Source: Candidatus Scatocola faecipullorum (GTDB lineage: Bacteria > Pseudomonadota > Alphaproteobacteria > RF32 > CAG-239). From it: a DNA stretch of 63,720 nucleotides. The stretch covers positions 1-63,720 of the forward strand of contig DVNC01000050.1 of NCBI GenBank assembly GCA_018714685.1, written 5' to 3'. The position numbers were made by a program, and so were the translations under genes. The notes under the pieces are model-generated. The model made no database searches. It was not told the DNA's origin and worked only from the letters and a program-made list of their open reading frames with translations. Position 1 is the first letter of the stretch. Each line of letters opens with the position of its first letter. This document shows positions 38,750 to 49,176 of the stretch, in pieces.

Positions 38750-38832
38750 AATTTAATTTTTTAAAGATTTATAATAATGAATTTTGGCTTTCAACTTACC
38801 AACAATATTGACAAAAAGCAAGACAAAAAGAG

Positions 38833-40902
38833 CTAATTATTCCACAATCTCCGGCCGATAGCTCCGCGAACCGTTTTCACCGTCACGTTTTTGCCGTCTA
38901 TATAGAAGTTACTTCCCAAAGCCGACAACAAATCATAATCCTTGCCGTCAATTTCCAAACCGCCGTATTTAATAATCCTGATCCGTTTTTTATACAGGCA
39001 GCTGCGTTCATCACAAACCATGTCAATCCAGGTTCTGTCCGTTTTCCGCCCGTCGTAAATTGCCTTCAGTTTTCGGCTCTCTTTAGCCGTCAGCTTTCGC
39101 GCCGCAGTCTTCTCCAACCAGACTTTCTTCAAATAATTATTACCCCTGGTCGGCAAAATAACCATTTTGCCGCTTTCATCCCGAACCGCAAAAACCTCTC
39201 CGTCGGCATCGGCCATCACATCCGGCACCTTAACCGTCCAAATACTCATTAATCCCGCCGCAATCAAAACAAAACCCCAGCCGCGCCATTTTCGCTGCCA
39301 GATACAAACCCACAAAGCGCCGTAAACAATCAGCAGAAGCCCCCATAACGGCATTGACATCACCTGATAAGCCGCCTCCGGAAGCCCTGCAACATAAGAC
39401 GTTATCCGATTAACCAGATCAATTCCCGCTCCGACCAGTTTCAACGGCCAATAATCCAGCCCTAAAGGCATCAGCAACAGCGCCGCCAGCACAAAAGGCA
39501 TAATCACAAAACCGATAATCGGCCCGGCCAGCAGGTTTGTCAGCGTCGTAAACACGGCAATGCGGTTAAAATGATAAATCGCAAAAGGCAGCGTAGCCAG
39601 ACTGGCCACCAAATCCGAAACCATAATACCGATAAAATAAGCCCATAAAATCCGCATAACCCGCCCCGGCAGCGTAATGTCCCGTCCGTTGCTTCCGGTC
39701 AGAAAGCGATGCAAACTCCCCGCATAACGTTCATAAAAAGCAATCAAAGCCGCCACTGCGGCAAAAGACATCTGAAAGCTGGCACCGATTAAAGCCTGCG
39801 GCGAAACAATCAAAACAATCAGTGCCGCCCAGCCCAGCATTCGCATCGAAATCGCCTGCCTTGCAAACAAGACCCCGAGCAGCACGATAAAAGTCATAAT
39901 GAAAGCTCTCTGGCTGGGAATTTCCGCCCCGGATATCTGCAAATAAACAAAGCTCATCAAAATGGCAAAAAGCGCCGCCGTTTTTTTGGCATCATAACGC
40001 AGCGACCAGGCCGGAACCAAGGCCATTGCCAACCGCACCAGAAAAAACATCATTCCGGCCACCATACTCATATGCAGCCCGGAAATCGACAGAAAATGCG
40101 CCAGTCCCGAATCCCGATAATTTTCGGTTATTTTCCGGGAAATGCCGCCCCGTTCGCCGGCAACGATTGCCGCCGCAATTCCCGCTTCATCACGAGGCAG
40201 AACCCGGTTAATCCGGTTGACAATTCTTTGCCGCAGCCCGGACACGCCTTCCGCCCATAACAGTCCCGCTCCCGGTTTTTGTTCACAAACCGCAGGCAAA
40301 ACCCGGCTTGAAATAAAACCGCCGCCGGTCAACCCTTCAAAATAAGCTTTGCGGTCCAGCTGATAAGCACCGACCGCCACCGCGTGAATATGCGGACGCA
40401 CCGTTGCAACCATTTCCACGCAATCACCGACCCCGGCCCGTGAAGACTTTGAGGTCAGCGTCAGTTTATAACGCCCGGCAACCGAATTCCCGTCATAGTC
40501 TTTCATATTTTCCAGAACCAGACGCTGATTGCCGCGATAATTGGTGTCTGCAGCGACGACACGCCCTTGCAGATAAAGTTTATCCTCGTTTTTGACCTGA
40601 GGCGTTTCACTGAGATAAATCGCTTTAAGCTGAATATTGGTAAAGCCGGCCAGCATAACACCCCAACCGGCCAGCAGCCATAACAGCTTCGCCTGATGCC
40701 GCGCCAGCCAAACCGCCAGCAAAGTCAGCTCAATCACTGCCAGCGTCAGCCACATCGACGGTTCCTGCGGCAAAGCAAAATAAATTCCTATGCCGGTGGC
40801 AAACAACACCGGCAGCCACAGCACCCACCGCTCCCGTTCGGCTTCCAGATTTCGGGTTATATAATACCGCCAGACATGCAGCATAAGCGTCTCCTCCGGC
40901 AT
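38833..40902 (-). CDS. comEC: ComEC/Rec2 competence membrane channel
   Basis: SGLAHFLSISGLHM, PSQRAFIM, GASFQMSFAAV; no C-terminal beta-lactamase domain. Confidence 0.95.
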   Translation of the reverse strand: MPEETLMLHVWRYYITRNLEAERERWVLWLPVLFATGIGIYFALPQEPSMWLTLAVIELTLLAVWLARHQAKLLWLLAGWGVMLAGFTNIQLKAIYLSETPQVKNEDKLYLQGRVVAADTNYRGNQRLVLENMKDYDGNSVAGRYKLTLTSKSSRAGVGDCVEMVATVRPHIHAVAVGAYQLDRKAYFEGLTGGGFISSRVLPAVCEQKPGAGLLWAEGVSGLRQRIVNRINRVLPRDEAGIAAAIVAGERGGISRKITENYRDSGLAHFLSISGLHMSMVAGMMFFLVRLAMALVPAWSLRYDAKKTAALFAILMSFVYLQISGAEIPSQRAFIMTFIVLLGVLFARQAISMRMLGWAALIVLIVSPQALIGASFQMSFAAVAALIAFYERYAGSLHRFLTGSNGRDITLPGRVMRILWAYFIGIMVSDLVASLATLPFAIYHFNRIAVFTTLTNLLAGPIIGFVIMPFVLAALLLMPLGLDYWPLKLVGAGIDLVNRITSYVAGLPEAAYQVMSMPLWGLLLIVYGALWVCIWQRKWRGWGFVLIAAGLMSIWTVKVPDVMADADGEVFAVRDESGKMVILPTRGNNYLKKVWLEKTAARKLTAKESRKLKAIYDGRKTDRTWIDMVCDERSCLYKKRIRIIKYGGLEIDGKDYDLLSALGSNFYIDGKNVTVKTVRGAIGRRLWNN

Positions 40903-41169
40903 TTAATTTAATGCCGGCTAAATTTAAAAGCAAAAAAAAAGTTGTTAAACCCTATATTGTTTAACAACTTTTTCTAATGTATCCAGTTAAGGAAATCACT
41001 ATACCGAAACAGCTTCTCGAGCTATTTTGTTATCCTTCGGTGTCTCCCGATACCGGCAAAACGATTCTTTCATCAACTTCGCCGATTACTTTTTCATCTT
41101 TTTTCATAACTGATAAAGATTTGAAATTAATACTCGTGTTAACTAACTCCGGATTCTCCCGCCGGAAAA

Positions 41170-41532
41170 TCAAATACAAATCTCATTGACAATAATATCC
41201 TCGTCTTTACGGTTGAGAACATAACTTGCATTATTGATATTGACACGCATTCCGTCTTCAATTGAAGAAACAAAATGCAGCGAAATCAGACAATCGCCGA
41301 TTGAAAGCGATGACACCTTGTCAATCCGCCCGTCTAACTTAACCAGCCAATAATTTTTCCCTTTAAGGTAAACAAAAGCCAAATCGCGCTTTTCCTCCGG
41401 ACTGTCATGGTCAATAATCAGTCCGACTGCCATGTTTTTCAACTCAACCTGAACGGTTTTCTTATCTTCAGCCGAAAAAAACTTTTCCAAAACGGAAACG
41501 GCTCTCGATAAACTTGCTTTACTTGTATTCAT
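41170..41532 (-). CDS. AT-rich hypothetical protein, possibly frameshifted
   Basis: 120-aa ORF; a second open frame 41030-41182 continues across its stop. Confidence 0.5.
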   Translation of the reverse strand: MNTSKASLSRAVSVLEKFFSAEDKKTVQVELKNMAVGLIIDHDSPEEKRDLAFVYLKGKNYWLVKLDGRIDKVSSLSIGDCLISLHFVSSIEDGMRVNINNASYVLNRKDEDIIVNEICI

Positions 41533-41723
41533 CTTTAAATGTTATTTAGTTAAACATAAAACATATAAAATAATTCAAAATTGCCTTAACTATAAACAAT
41601 TTTGTCCAAATGTCAATGAGACTGTTGGTGTTTTGAAACTGAATCTATCTTAAACTTGATAAAGCATTATGCGGCGCCGTTAATCTTTTTCGCCGCGTAA
41701 AACAAGTACATTAAGAACAAAAA

Positions 41724-43238
41724 TTAATCGGCACGAAAAGGCTTTTGCAAGTTTATGACACGTTCAGTCGCCTTTATCGCCGCCTTAACCTGATCCGATG
41801 AAACGGCATGCGTCGTCTTGCCGTTGTCCCATTTGATAACGGCCTCGACCAAAGCATTGGTACGTCCGCCGGGCGGAATGGAAATTTCAAAATCCGTCAG
41901 CTTGGGAATGGTCAGCCCCATTTTCGGCGCCAGCTTGTGCAGGGCATTCATAAAAGCGTCATAACCGCCGCTGCCTTGCGCCGTGTCTTCATAAATTTTT
42001 CCGTTGTATTCAACCTGAATATTGGCACAGGGTTTCATCCGCATGGTGGTGGTCACCACACAGTTCAACACCCGAAATGTTTTATAGCGCTGACCGCCCA
42101 GCATATCCGCCACCAAAAAAGGCAGATCGTCAACCGTAACGCTTTTCTTCAAATCACCAAGCTCGACAATTTTCTGCAGCAGCTTTTCTTTCTGCTCATC
42201 ATTCAGATTAATCCGCAGTTTCTGCAGGTTGATTTCCAAACTGGCCTTGCCGGACAGCTTACCCAGCGCATAATCGCGGTTACGGTCAAAACGGTCAGGA
42301 GTCAGCCGGCTGACATAAAGGTTGCCCTTTTTGTCACCGTCGGCATGAATTCCCGCCGTCTGCGTAAATACGTCATTGCCCAGCACAGGCATATTGGCGG
42401 CGATTCGTTTGCCGCTGAACGTCTCAACCAGCATACTGATGTCTTTCAGCTTCTTTTCTTTCACTTTTGTCGTCAAACCGGTATGGTCATGAATATTGGT
42501 CACAATCTGAGCCAAATCGACATTGCCCGTACGTTCGCCCAAACCGTTCACCGTCACATGCACCCCTTTAACCCCTGCTTTAACCGCCGCCAGCGAGTTT
42601 GCCGCCGCCAAACCGTAATCATTATGGGCGTGGAACTCAAATTCCACACCGGGATAACGTTTAACCGTCTCCGTCACCAGTTCAAACGTGTTAAACGGAT
42701 TCAGCACGCCCAGCGTATCGGGCAAAATAATCCGCCCGAACCCGGCGGCGGCATAGCAGTCAAGCATTCGCCATACATAATCCGGCGAATTCAAGATACC
42801 GTTTGACCAGTCCTCCAGATAAACATTTGCCGCAAAGCCGTTGTCTTGGGCATATGCCAGCGTCTTCATCACATCGGACAAGTGTTCTTCCTGCGATTTT
42901 TTTAATTGGATTTCACAATGTTTCCGCGAACCTTTGGTCAACAGATTAAGATGACGGCACCCTGTCGGCAACAGCCAGTCAACCGATTTGTTGAAATCTG
43001 TAAAACTCAGCACTTCCACCGCATCGGCAAACCCGTCCGACTTTGCCCAGTCCATAATCCGCGCCAGCGAGTTCTGTTCTTCCCGGCTGACTTTGGCGCT
43101 CGAAACCTCACAACGGGTAACGCCGGCTTCCGCCAGCAGATGTTTGACAATAATCAGTTTTTCTTCCGGTTTGAAAGACACGCCGCTGGTCTGCTCGCCG
43201 TCACGAACGGTCGTATCTACAACATCAATCACATTCAT
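41724..43238 (-). CDS. cimA: (R)-citramalate synthase / LeuA-family DRE-TIM enzyme
   Basis: DTTVRDGEQTSGV, YLEDWSNG, HAHNDYG, GLGERTGN, QTAGIHADGD, C-terminal allosteric domain. Confidence 0.8.
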   Translation of the reverse strand: MNVIDVVDTTVRDGEQTSGVSFKPEEKLIIVKHLLAEAGVTRCEVSSAKVSREEQNSLARIMDWAKSDGFADAVEVLSFTDFNKSVDWLLPTGCRHLNLLTKGSRKHCEIQLKKSQEEHLSDVMKTLAYAQDNGFAANVYLEDWSNGILNSPDYVWRMLDCYAAAGFGRIILPDTLGVLNPFNTFELVTETVKRYPGVEFEFHAHNDYGLAAANSLAAVKAGVKGVHVTVNGLGERTGNVDLAQIVTNIHDHTGLTTKVKEKKLKDISMLVETFSGKRIAANMPVLGNDVFTQTAGIHADGDKKGNLYVSRLTPDRFDRNRDYALGKLSGKASLEINLQKLRINLNDEQKEKLLQKIVELGDLKKSVTVDDLPFLVADMLGGQRYKTFRVLNCVVTTTMRMKPCANIQVEYNGKIYEDTAQGSGGYDAFMNALHKLAPKMGLTIPKLTDFEISIPPGGRTNALVEAVIKWDNGKTTHAVSSDQVKAAIKATERVINLQKPFRAD

Positions 43239-44416
43239 CGGGTCTGTTTCTTTTCTTCAATCAATTTTAAAACCGCATCACAGGCATTTTCACTCGGCGT
43301 CTGTTCACCCAGCCCCAAAATTTCCCGCACTTTCTGAAAGCCTTCCGTCTGCCGTTCAAAAATATCGTCTTTAGCCAAAAACCGCTTAATATAGCGGCAG
43401 ATATTTCCCGGCACACACTGCTCCTGCAACAGTTCGGGCACCACTTCCCGCCCCAGCATGATATTTGACAGATTCACAAACTGAATATGCATAAACTTCC
43501 GCACCAGCACGGCCGTCAGCGGCGAAACCTTATAACCGATAATATGCGGTACGCCGGCAATCGCCAATTCCAGCGCCACGGTTCCCGAAGCCGCCATTGC
43601 AGCTGCCGAGGCTTTAAAGGCATTATGCCGGTCGTCTTCGTCTTCAACAATTGTTATCGGCAGCCCCGAACCGCCGACCATCTGCCGCACCATTCCGGCC
43701 ACGGTTTTCACCGTGGGAATCACAAAACACAGACTGTTGTCCTCAAGATAAAGTTTTTGAGCCGCTTCCAGAAAGACCGGCAGCATTTTGGCAACTTCAG
43801 TCTTGCGCGACCCCGGCAGCACGGCGATAATCTTTTTATCGGCAGAAATGGCAAACTTTTTGCGAAAATCGTCGCCGCTGCCGTGAATAACCTTGCTTTC
43901 AATAACCGGATGCCCGACAAAAGTCGCCGCCAGACCGTAAGGCGTAAAATATTTCGGTTCCTGCGGCAACAGCGTCAACAGATGATCGACATATTTATAC
44001 ATCGTCCGCGCCCGTTTCTTTTTCCAGGCCCAAACCTGCGGCGCCACATAATGCACCTGCGGAATGCCGAGTTTTTTGCGGCGCAGAATTTTCTGCACCC
44101 GGGAACCGAAACTCCAGCTGTCAATCGTTATCACCACATCGGGCTTCACTTTCTCAATGTCCGCCACCGTCTGTTTAATCAGCCTCAAAACTTTGGGAAT
44201 ACTGGGAATAACTTCCGCCAGCCCCATAATCGCCAAATCAGAAATATCGAACAGTGATTTGAGACCGGCTTTTTCCATACTTTCACCGCCCACGCCGTAA
44301 AATTCAACTTGCCCATTGGTCTTCTTCACCATCGCCCGCATAAAGCGCGACCCAAGCAAATCCCCGGACGGTTCTCCGGCAATAATATAAACCTTAAGAT
44401 TTTTCACATCTGTCAT
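43235..44416 (-). CDS. lpxB: Lipid-A-disaccharide synthase
   Basis: IAGEPSGDLLG, YVAPQVWAW, FVGHP, LPGSR..E, ASGTVALE. Confidence 0.98.
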   Translation of the reverse strand: MTDVKNLKVYIIAGEPSGDLLGSRFMRAMVKKTNGQVEFYGVGGESMEKAGLKSLFDISDLAIMGLAEVIPSIPKVLRLIKQTVADIEKVKPDVVITIDSWSFGSRVQKILRRKKLGIPQVHYVAPQVWAWKKKRARTMYKYVDHLLTLLPQEPKYFTPYGLAATFVGHPVIESKVIHGSGDDFRKKFAISADKKIIAVLPGSRKTEVAKMLPVFLEAAQKLYLEDNSLCFVIPTVKTVAGMVRQMVGGSGLPITIVEDEDDRHNAFKASAAAMAASGTVALELAIAGVPHIIGYKVSPLTAVLVRKFMHIQFVNLSNIMLGREVVPELLQEQCVPGNICRYIKRFLAKDDIFERQTEGFQKVREILGLGEQTPSENACDAVLKLIEEKKQTR

Positions 44417-45261
44417 TATTTTTCCCTCTGGCGGATAAATTCTGCCGGATCAATTCCCATGACAAACAGTCCGAGCTTATCGGCCAGTTTGACAGTTTCC
44501 TTTTCATTAACAATCAAACCGTTCCCAGCATGCAGGGCAATTCCCGACAAACCGGCCTCATAAGCCGCCTGTACCGTTTTGTCGCCGATAGTCGGCAAAT
44601 CTACCCGCATATCCTGCTGCGGCTTACGGATTTTTACCAAAACGCCGCCCTCGCCTTTTCGCTTATAATCACCGCAGCGGCGAACCAGCTCGCCTGTTCC
44701 TTCAATTCCTTCCACACCGAGCACCAGTCCTTGCTGCACGACTACCGCCTGGCCGACATCCAGCCGCCCCAGTTCCGTTGCAACTTCCGCCGCCCGGCGA
44801 ATATCTTCTTTTGCCTGTTTCGACGGCTTGACCTTGCCCAACACGCCTTTTTTTATCAGCAGTTCGGGCAAAACTTCATGAATGCCGCGGACGGTCATGC
44901 CCTCGCCTTCAATCTCCTTAACCAAAGCGCGCAAAATACCGTCATCGCCGAGAGATTTCATTCCGACCTTGGCAAAAAAAGCCGCCGTTCGCATATCCGG
45001 CACCAAATCCTTAAGCGTCGGCCGCTTGATTGTGCCGATCATAATAACTTCTTCAACTTTTTCTTCCGCCAGTTTTTTAAAACCGGTACCCGCCTGCCCG
45101 ATACGTATCCAGGCATGGGGAATGCTGTCATCAATCAAAGCCTTGTCGGCATTGCCTTCAATCGCAATCACAAAATAGTCGCGTTTATTTTCTTTGCAAA
45201 AATTAATCAAATCCTGCGGAATAGCCCCGCCGCCGGCAATAATGCCCAGTTTTTTATGCAT
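44416..45261 (-). CDS. lpxI: UDP-2,3-diacylglucosamine pyrophosphatase LpxI
   Basis: LGIIAGGG.IP, LDVGQAVVV, EGIEGT, KPQQD.RVDLPTIG. Confidence 0.96.
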   Translation of the reverse strand: MHKKLGIIAGGGAIPQDLINFCKENKRDYFVIAIEGNADKALIDDSIPHAWIRIGQAGTGFKKLAEEKVEEVIMIGTIKRPTLKDLVPDMRTAAFFAKVGMKSLGDDGILRALVKEIEGEGMTVRGIHEVLPELLIKKGVLGKVKPSKQAKEDIRRAAEVATELGRLDVGQAVVVQQGLVLGVEGIEGTGELVRRCGDYKRKGEGGVLVKIRKPQQDMRVDLPTIGDKTVQAAYEAGLSGIALHAGNGLIVNEKETVKLADKLGLFVMGIDPAEFIRQREK

Positions 45262-45433
45262 AATCGTCCTGCCTTAAAGTTTTTCTTTGATAATAAATAA
45301 ACCCGTCTCCACGGTCAAGCAATAATAAAAGGCTGTAATAAAAATCACAGCCCTTTATTTTAATGATACAAAAAGTTTGGCGTTTCTGCGCTGATTGCCA
45401 CAAAGCGAACTTTTATAAAAATGTGGAGAATGA

Positions 45434-45524
45434 GTCGTATAGTAAGGAATAAAGGTGGAAGTACCGGAATGTACACTTTAGTACATGAGGACACTTCCAT
45501 CCTGCTATTTCTGTACTAGACGAC
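45434..45524. repeat. Single ~90-bp palindromic element, RPE-like
   Basis: Nested stem GTCGT/ACGAC, TAGTA/TACTA, TGGAAGT/ACTTCCA, ATGTAC-ACTTTA-GTACAT with ACCGGA/GAGGAC internal loop. Confidence 0.7.
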
Positions 45525-45539
45525 CATTATACACTTTTT

Positions 45540-46370
45540 TTATTCGGCGACCATAACGTTACGTCTTCCTTTCAGAGAAAACTCTATGAAATCAAGCTGT
45601 TCCTGAACCATATCATTGTCTTTGAACAGCTTGCGGGCTTTCTGAACGCGGGTTTCAAAATTATCTTCTTTGCCTTTGAAGATATACATAAAAGCGCGAC
45701 TGATGGCTTTAACAACTTCCGGCGCATAACCGCTGCGCTTCAGACCGATAACATTCAACCCGCGCAGCTTGCCGCGTTCACCGGTCACAATGGCAAAAGG
45801 AATAACGTCGCGGTCAACACCCGACAATCCTCCGATCATTGCTTTGCGGCCGATACGGCAGAACTGGTGAACCGCACTGTTTCCGCCCAGGATAGCTCCG
45901 TCGCCGACACGAACATGTCCGCCGATAACCGCGTTGTTGGTCATAATCACATTATTGCCGACCACACAGTCATGCGCCACATGAGAGTTAACCATAAACA
46001 TCCCGTCATCACCGACACGGGTAATCATCTTCTCCGGCGTGCTGCCGTCCTGCGGATCCGACTGGCCTTTCGGCGTTCCCGCATGCATGGTTACGTTTTC
46101 GCGAATAACATTGCGCTTACCGATAACCAGCTTGGCATCATCCTGAAATTCATTGCCATGATCCTGCGGACCGGTTCCCAACACAGCCCCGGGGAAAACG
46201 ACCGTTCCTTCCCCGATTGTCGTATCGCCGTAAACCGTTACCCGGGCCAGCAGTCGGACATTCTCGCCGATTTTGGCTTTGGAACTGATCCAGCAAAACG
46301 GACCGATTTCGGCACTGGCGGCAATCTGGGCACCATCTTCAACAACAGCAGTCGGGTGAATTTTAGTCAT
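45540..46370 (-). CDS. lpxA: UDP-N-acetylglucosamine acyltransferase
   Basis: IHPTAVV hexapeptide repeats, HVAHDC, VHQFCRIG. Confidence 0.97.
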   Translation of the reverse strand: MTKIHPTAVVEDGAQIAASAEIGPFCWISSKAKIGENVRLLARVTVYGDTTIGEGTVVFPGAVLGTGPQDHGNEFQDDAKLVIGKRNVIRENVTMHAGTPKGQSDPQDGSTPEKMITRVGDDGMFMVNSHVAHDCVVGNNVIMTNNAVIGGHVRVGDGAILGGNSAVHQFCRIGRKAMIGGLSGVDRDVIPFAIVTGERGKLRGLNVIGLKRSGYAPEVVKAISRAFMYIFKGKEDNFETRVQKARKLFKDNDMVQEQLDFIEFSLKGRRNVMVAE

Positions 46371-46552
46371 GACAATAACTTCCTTTCCGTAAAATTAATA
46401 TTACGCACAGCATAACCGTGCGGTGAACGATTGTAAACACACATTAACTTACAAATTATTACCAATCCCGAACAACATCGCAACAAACGATAAATCTTTA
46501 CAAAAAAGAAATCCCCGCTATAATCTGCCCGTCTTAAATCAGGGAGGAAAAC

Positions 46553-47149
46553 ATGCCGCATATTGAAAACCTGCTTGAAGGCTACCGGCAGTTTTATCAA
46601 AAATATTATATTGAAAACCCGGAAACCTATAAAAACCTTACCGAAAAAGGGCAGACACCGCATACGCTCGTCATTGCGTGCAGCGATTCCCGCGTTGATC
46701 CGTCCATTATTCTGAATACCGGCCCCGGCGACATCTTTGTCATTCGCAATGTTGCCAACCTAGTTCCGGCTTATGACAGCGATTTTTCCCACTGCCACGG
46801 AACCTCCGCCGCCATTGAATACGCCGTCAAGCACCTGAAGGTAAAAAATATCCTGATTTTGGGGCACACTCACTGCGGCGGCATTCATAACCTGCTTTGC
46901 CAACCCCTTAACCGGCACGATTTTATTGACACCTGGCTGTCCATTGCCGAAGAAGCCCGCCGGGAAGCCTCAAAACAAACGTCGGAAACCGACAGACAGC
47001 ACATCTGTGAAAGGGAAGCCGTTCGCGTGTCGCTGCGCAATCTGCTGACTTTTCCCTTCGTTGCCGAAGCCGTCAGCCAAAACCGCCTCAAGCTCCATGG
47101 CTGGCTGTTTGACCTCGCCGGCGGCAGTATCGAAAAACTCAGTCTTTAA
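46553..47149 (+). CDS. can: Beta-class carbonic anhydrase
   Basis: ACSDSRV, IRNVANLV, LGHTHCGG zinc ligands. Confidence 0.95.
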   Translation: MPHIENLLEGYRQFYQKYYIENPETYKNLTEKGQTPHTLVIACSDSRVDPSIILNTGPGDIFVIRNVANLVPAYDSDFSHCHGTSAAIEYAVKHLKVKNILILGHTHCGGIHNLLCQPLNRHDFIDTWLSIAEEARREASKQTSETDRQHICEREAVRVSLRNLLTFPFVAEAVSQNRLKLHGWLFDLAGGSIEKLSL

Positions 47150-47164
47150 ATAAAAAAACGGCTG

Positions 47165-47767
47165 TCATTCGACAGCCGTTCTGATATCTATCACAAAATT
47201 TTTTCCCAGCAGTTCAAAACGATCAAACTCGGGAATTTTTCCGCCTTCGCAAATCAGTTTGACCCCGCAGGAAACCAATCGTGACGTTGCCAGCGGACAA
47301 TAGGCCACCGGAACAACGTAACAACCGCGGCAACGGAAATAAACCGTCCCCGCAAGCTGCAGCTCATGCCGGGGATAAATGCCGGCATATTGTCTGTAAC
47401 GCTGAGCCCGGGACTCATAAACTTTGATTTCGGCAAAAATATTTTCCAAAACGGCACAACGACCGTTTATCTCAAATACGGCCTGCATTCGGTCTGCGGA
47501 AGGATAGCTGTTTGCCGCAACATCGATTTTCAGATTTTGAACCTTACTGAATTCTTCCAAAAAAATCACACTGCGCGCCTGATCCTCAAAATTAAATTTC
47601 AGTCCGCTGAATTTATCCGCCCCTCTGACAATCTGCCCGCTACGGAGATAAATCGGACGACCTGCACAGGCAATCATGCCGCTGACGATAATAATGTCTG
47701 CTTCCAAAATCTCAACCGCCCGAACCAGCTGTTCGTAAGTTTTAACAATAATTTCCTTTCTTTCCAT
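47165..47767 (-). CDS. Hypothetical protein
   Basis: 200-aa ORF, beta-rich; no recognised motif. Confidence 0.6.
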   Translation of the reverse strand: MERKEIIVKTYEQLVRAVEILEADIIIVSGMIACAGRPIYLRSGQIVRGADKFSGLKFNFEDQARSVIFLEEFSKVQNLKIDVAANSYPSADRMQAVFEINGRCAVLENIFAEIKVYESRAQRYRQYAGIYPRHELQLAGTVYFRCRGCYVVPVAYCPLATSRLVSCGVKLICEGGKIPEFDRFELLGKNFVIDIRTAVE

Positions 47768-47896
47768 TTCGATAAAGGTTTTTAATTAATAATTTCACAT
47801 TGCTTTCCTCTTACCATAAATTCCGCTCACTGGCAAGCCAATTATTGACAAAATTCAACAAAAATGATATTTTACAGCAAATACTGAAAGCCGGAC

Positions 47897-49135
47897 ATGA
47901 TAAGTTATACACTCAAACATCTGCACCAGGATATCAAACAACATCTGTTTTGCGGCAGGGTTCTGACAAACTGGAATCCGCATTATTTTTGCGCGCTTAA
48001 AGAATATATTGCCGCAGACATGGCCAAACTGAACAACTTATGCAACCATGGAAACAGCCGCTCCTTTGCCGTTTGTTTTAACGACTTTATGCTGACAGAC
48101 GCTCGGGGACGCAGAAAATTTGACCAACAGCGTTTCTTACAGTTGTGTCGAACCAAATTCGGCTCCGAAGCCGACGGCCTGCTGAAAAGCATGCAGCTGA
48201 CCGACCCGGCACAAAAATTCCGCTCCTTCCGAAAAGGGAAAAACGGCTATTGTTTTATATCTCCCGACTTCAAACAAACAATCATCATCTATTGTGTTTC
48301 CGGCTTTAATCCGGCTGACAGTATGAGTACGCCATATCACGAATACGGCCACGCCCTCGATTTCAAATACAGCCTGCTGGAACAAACCGAAGCCTACCGA
48401 AACTACCGCCGCCACAGCAAAAACAGCCGCAACAATACCGAACAAAAAGAACTGGCCGACAGCTATTTTCAGGAATGGCACATGCTGCAGGAAAGCTTTG
48501 CCGATTGTTTTGCTTACGGCTGTCTGGCTCTTAAAGAACCGGACAATCCTGCAATCTACCGGTGGGCTCTCTACAATATGGCTGTCAAATTCCGCAACGT
48601 TGTCGAAAACAAACACAGTCCGCTTTACTGCGGTTATGCGGCAACCCGAACCGTACTGAACCGAATTCGGCTGGACTGCCGCTGCCGCAACTTGAAAAAA
48701 TATTACCTTAATGACGGAAGCATCGATTTTCTGTCGTTTGCCGAAACCTGTGCCGAAGCGGTCAAAGAACAAGGTTATAATCATGACAACTATCAAACTC
48801 TGACAACTTATCCGCTGCTCAGCACGCCGCCGGCAACGAACTTATCACCCCGACAGTTTGACCAGTGGCATTATGACTATCTTGACGCTCAAATCACCGC
48901 CCGGCAGAACCGGGTTGCCAATCCGTTTTATCGCCTGCTCTACGGCATCGGGCAGGAAATACTCCAAACCGCTGACAATAACAAAATCTTATCCTTGCTT
49001 GACAAATATGAAATACCCGCTTTTAAAAATTGCTTTAACGAATACCGTTTCATCATAAAGCAGCAAAGCTCATACCGCCCGCACAATCTTGCTCAGTTAC
49101 GGCACAACAAAAAAGCCGGACATAATCCGGCTTAA
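47897..49135 (+). CDS. Hypothetical protein with gluzincin-like metallopeptidase motif
   Basis: YHEYGHALD (HExxH) plus downstream QESFADCF third-ligand motif; no signal peptide. Confidence 0.7.
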   Translation: MISYTLKHLHQDIKQHLFCGRVLTNWNPHYFCALKEYIAADMAKLNNLCNHGNSRSFAVCFNDFMLTDARGRRKFDQQRFLQLCRTKFGSEADGLLKSMQLTDPAQKFRSFRKGKNGYCFISPDFKQTIIIYCVSGFNPADSMSTPYHEYGHALDFKYSLLEQTEAYRNYRRHSKNSRNNTEQKELADSYFQEWHMLQESFADCFAYGCLALKEPDNPAIYRWALYNMAVKFRNVVENKHSPLYCGYAATRTVLNRIRLDCRCRNLKKYYLNDGSIDFLSFAETCAEAVKEQGYNHDNYQTLTTYPLLSTPPATNLSPRQFDQWHYDYLDAQITARQNRVANPFYRLLYGIGQEILQTADNNKILSLLDKYEIPAFKNCFNEYRFIIKQQSSYRPHNLAQLRHNKKAGHNPA

Positions 49136-49176
49136 TAAATAAAATCGCTCCGGCTGCCTTACCGGCCAGACAAATT

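Noticed and set aside
46025-46075. About 10-aa loop insertion in LpxA as an in-frame palindromic element
   Set aside because: The DNA is not palindromic; most likely an ordinary loop indel
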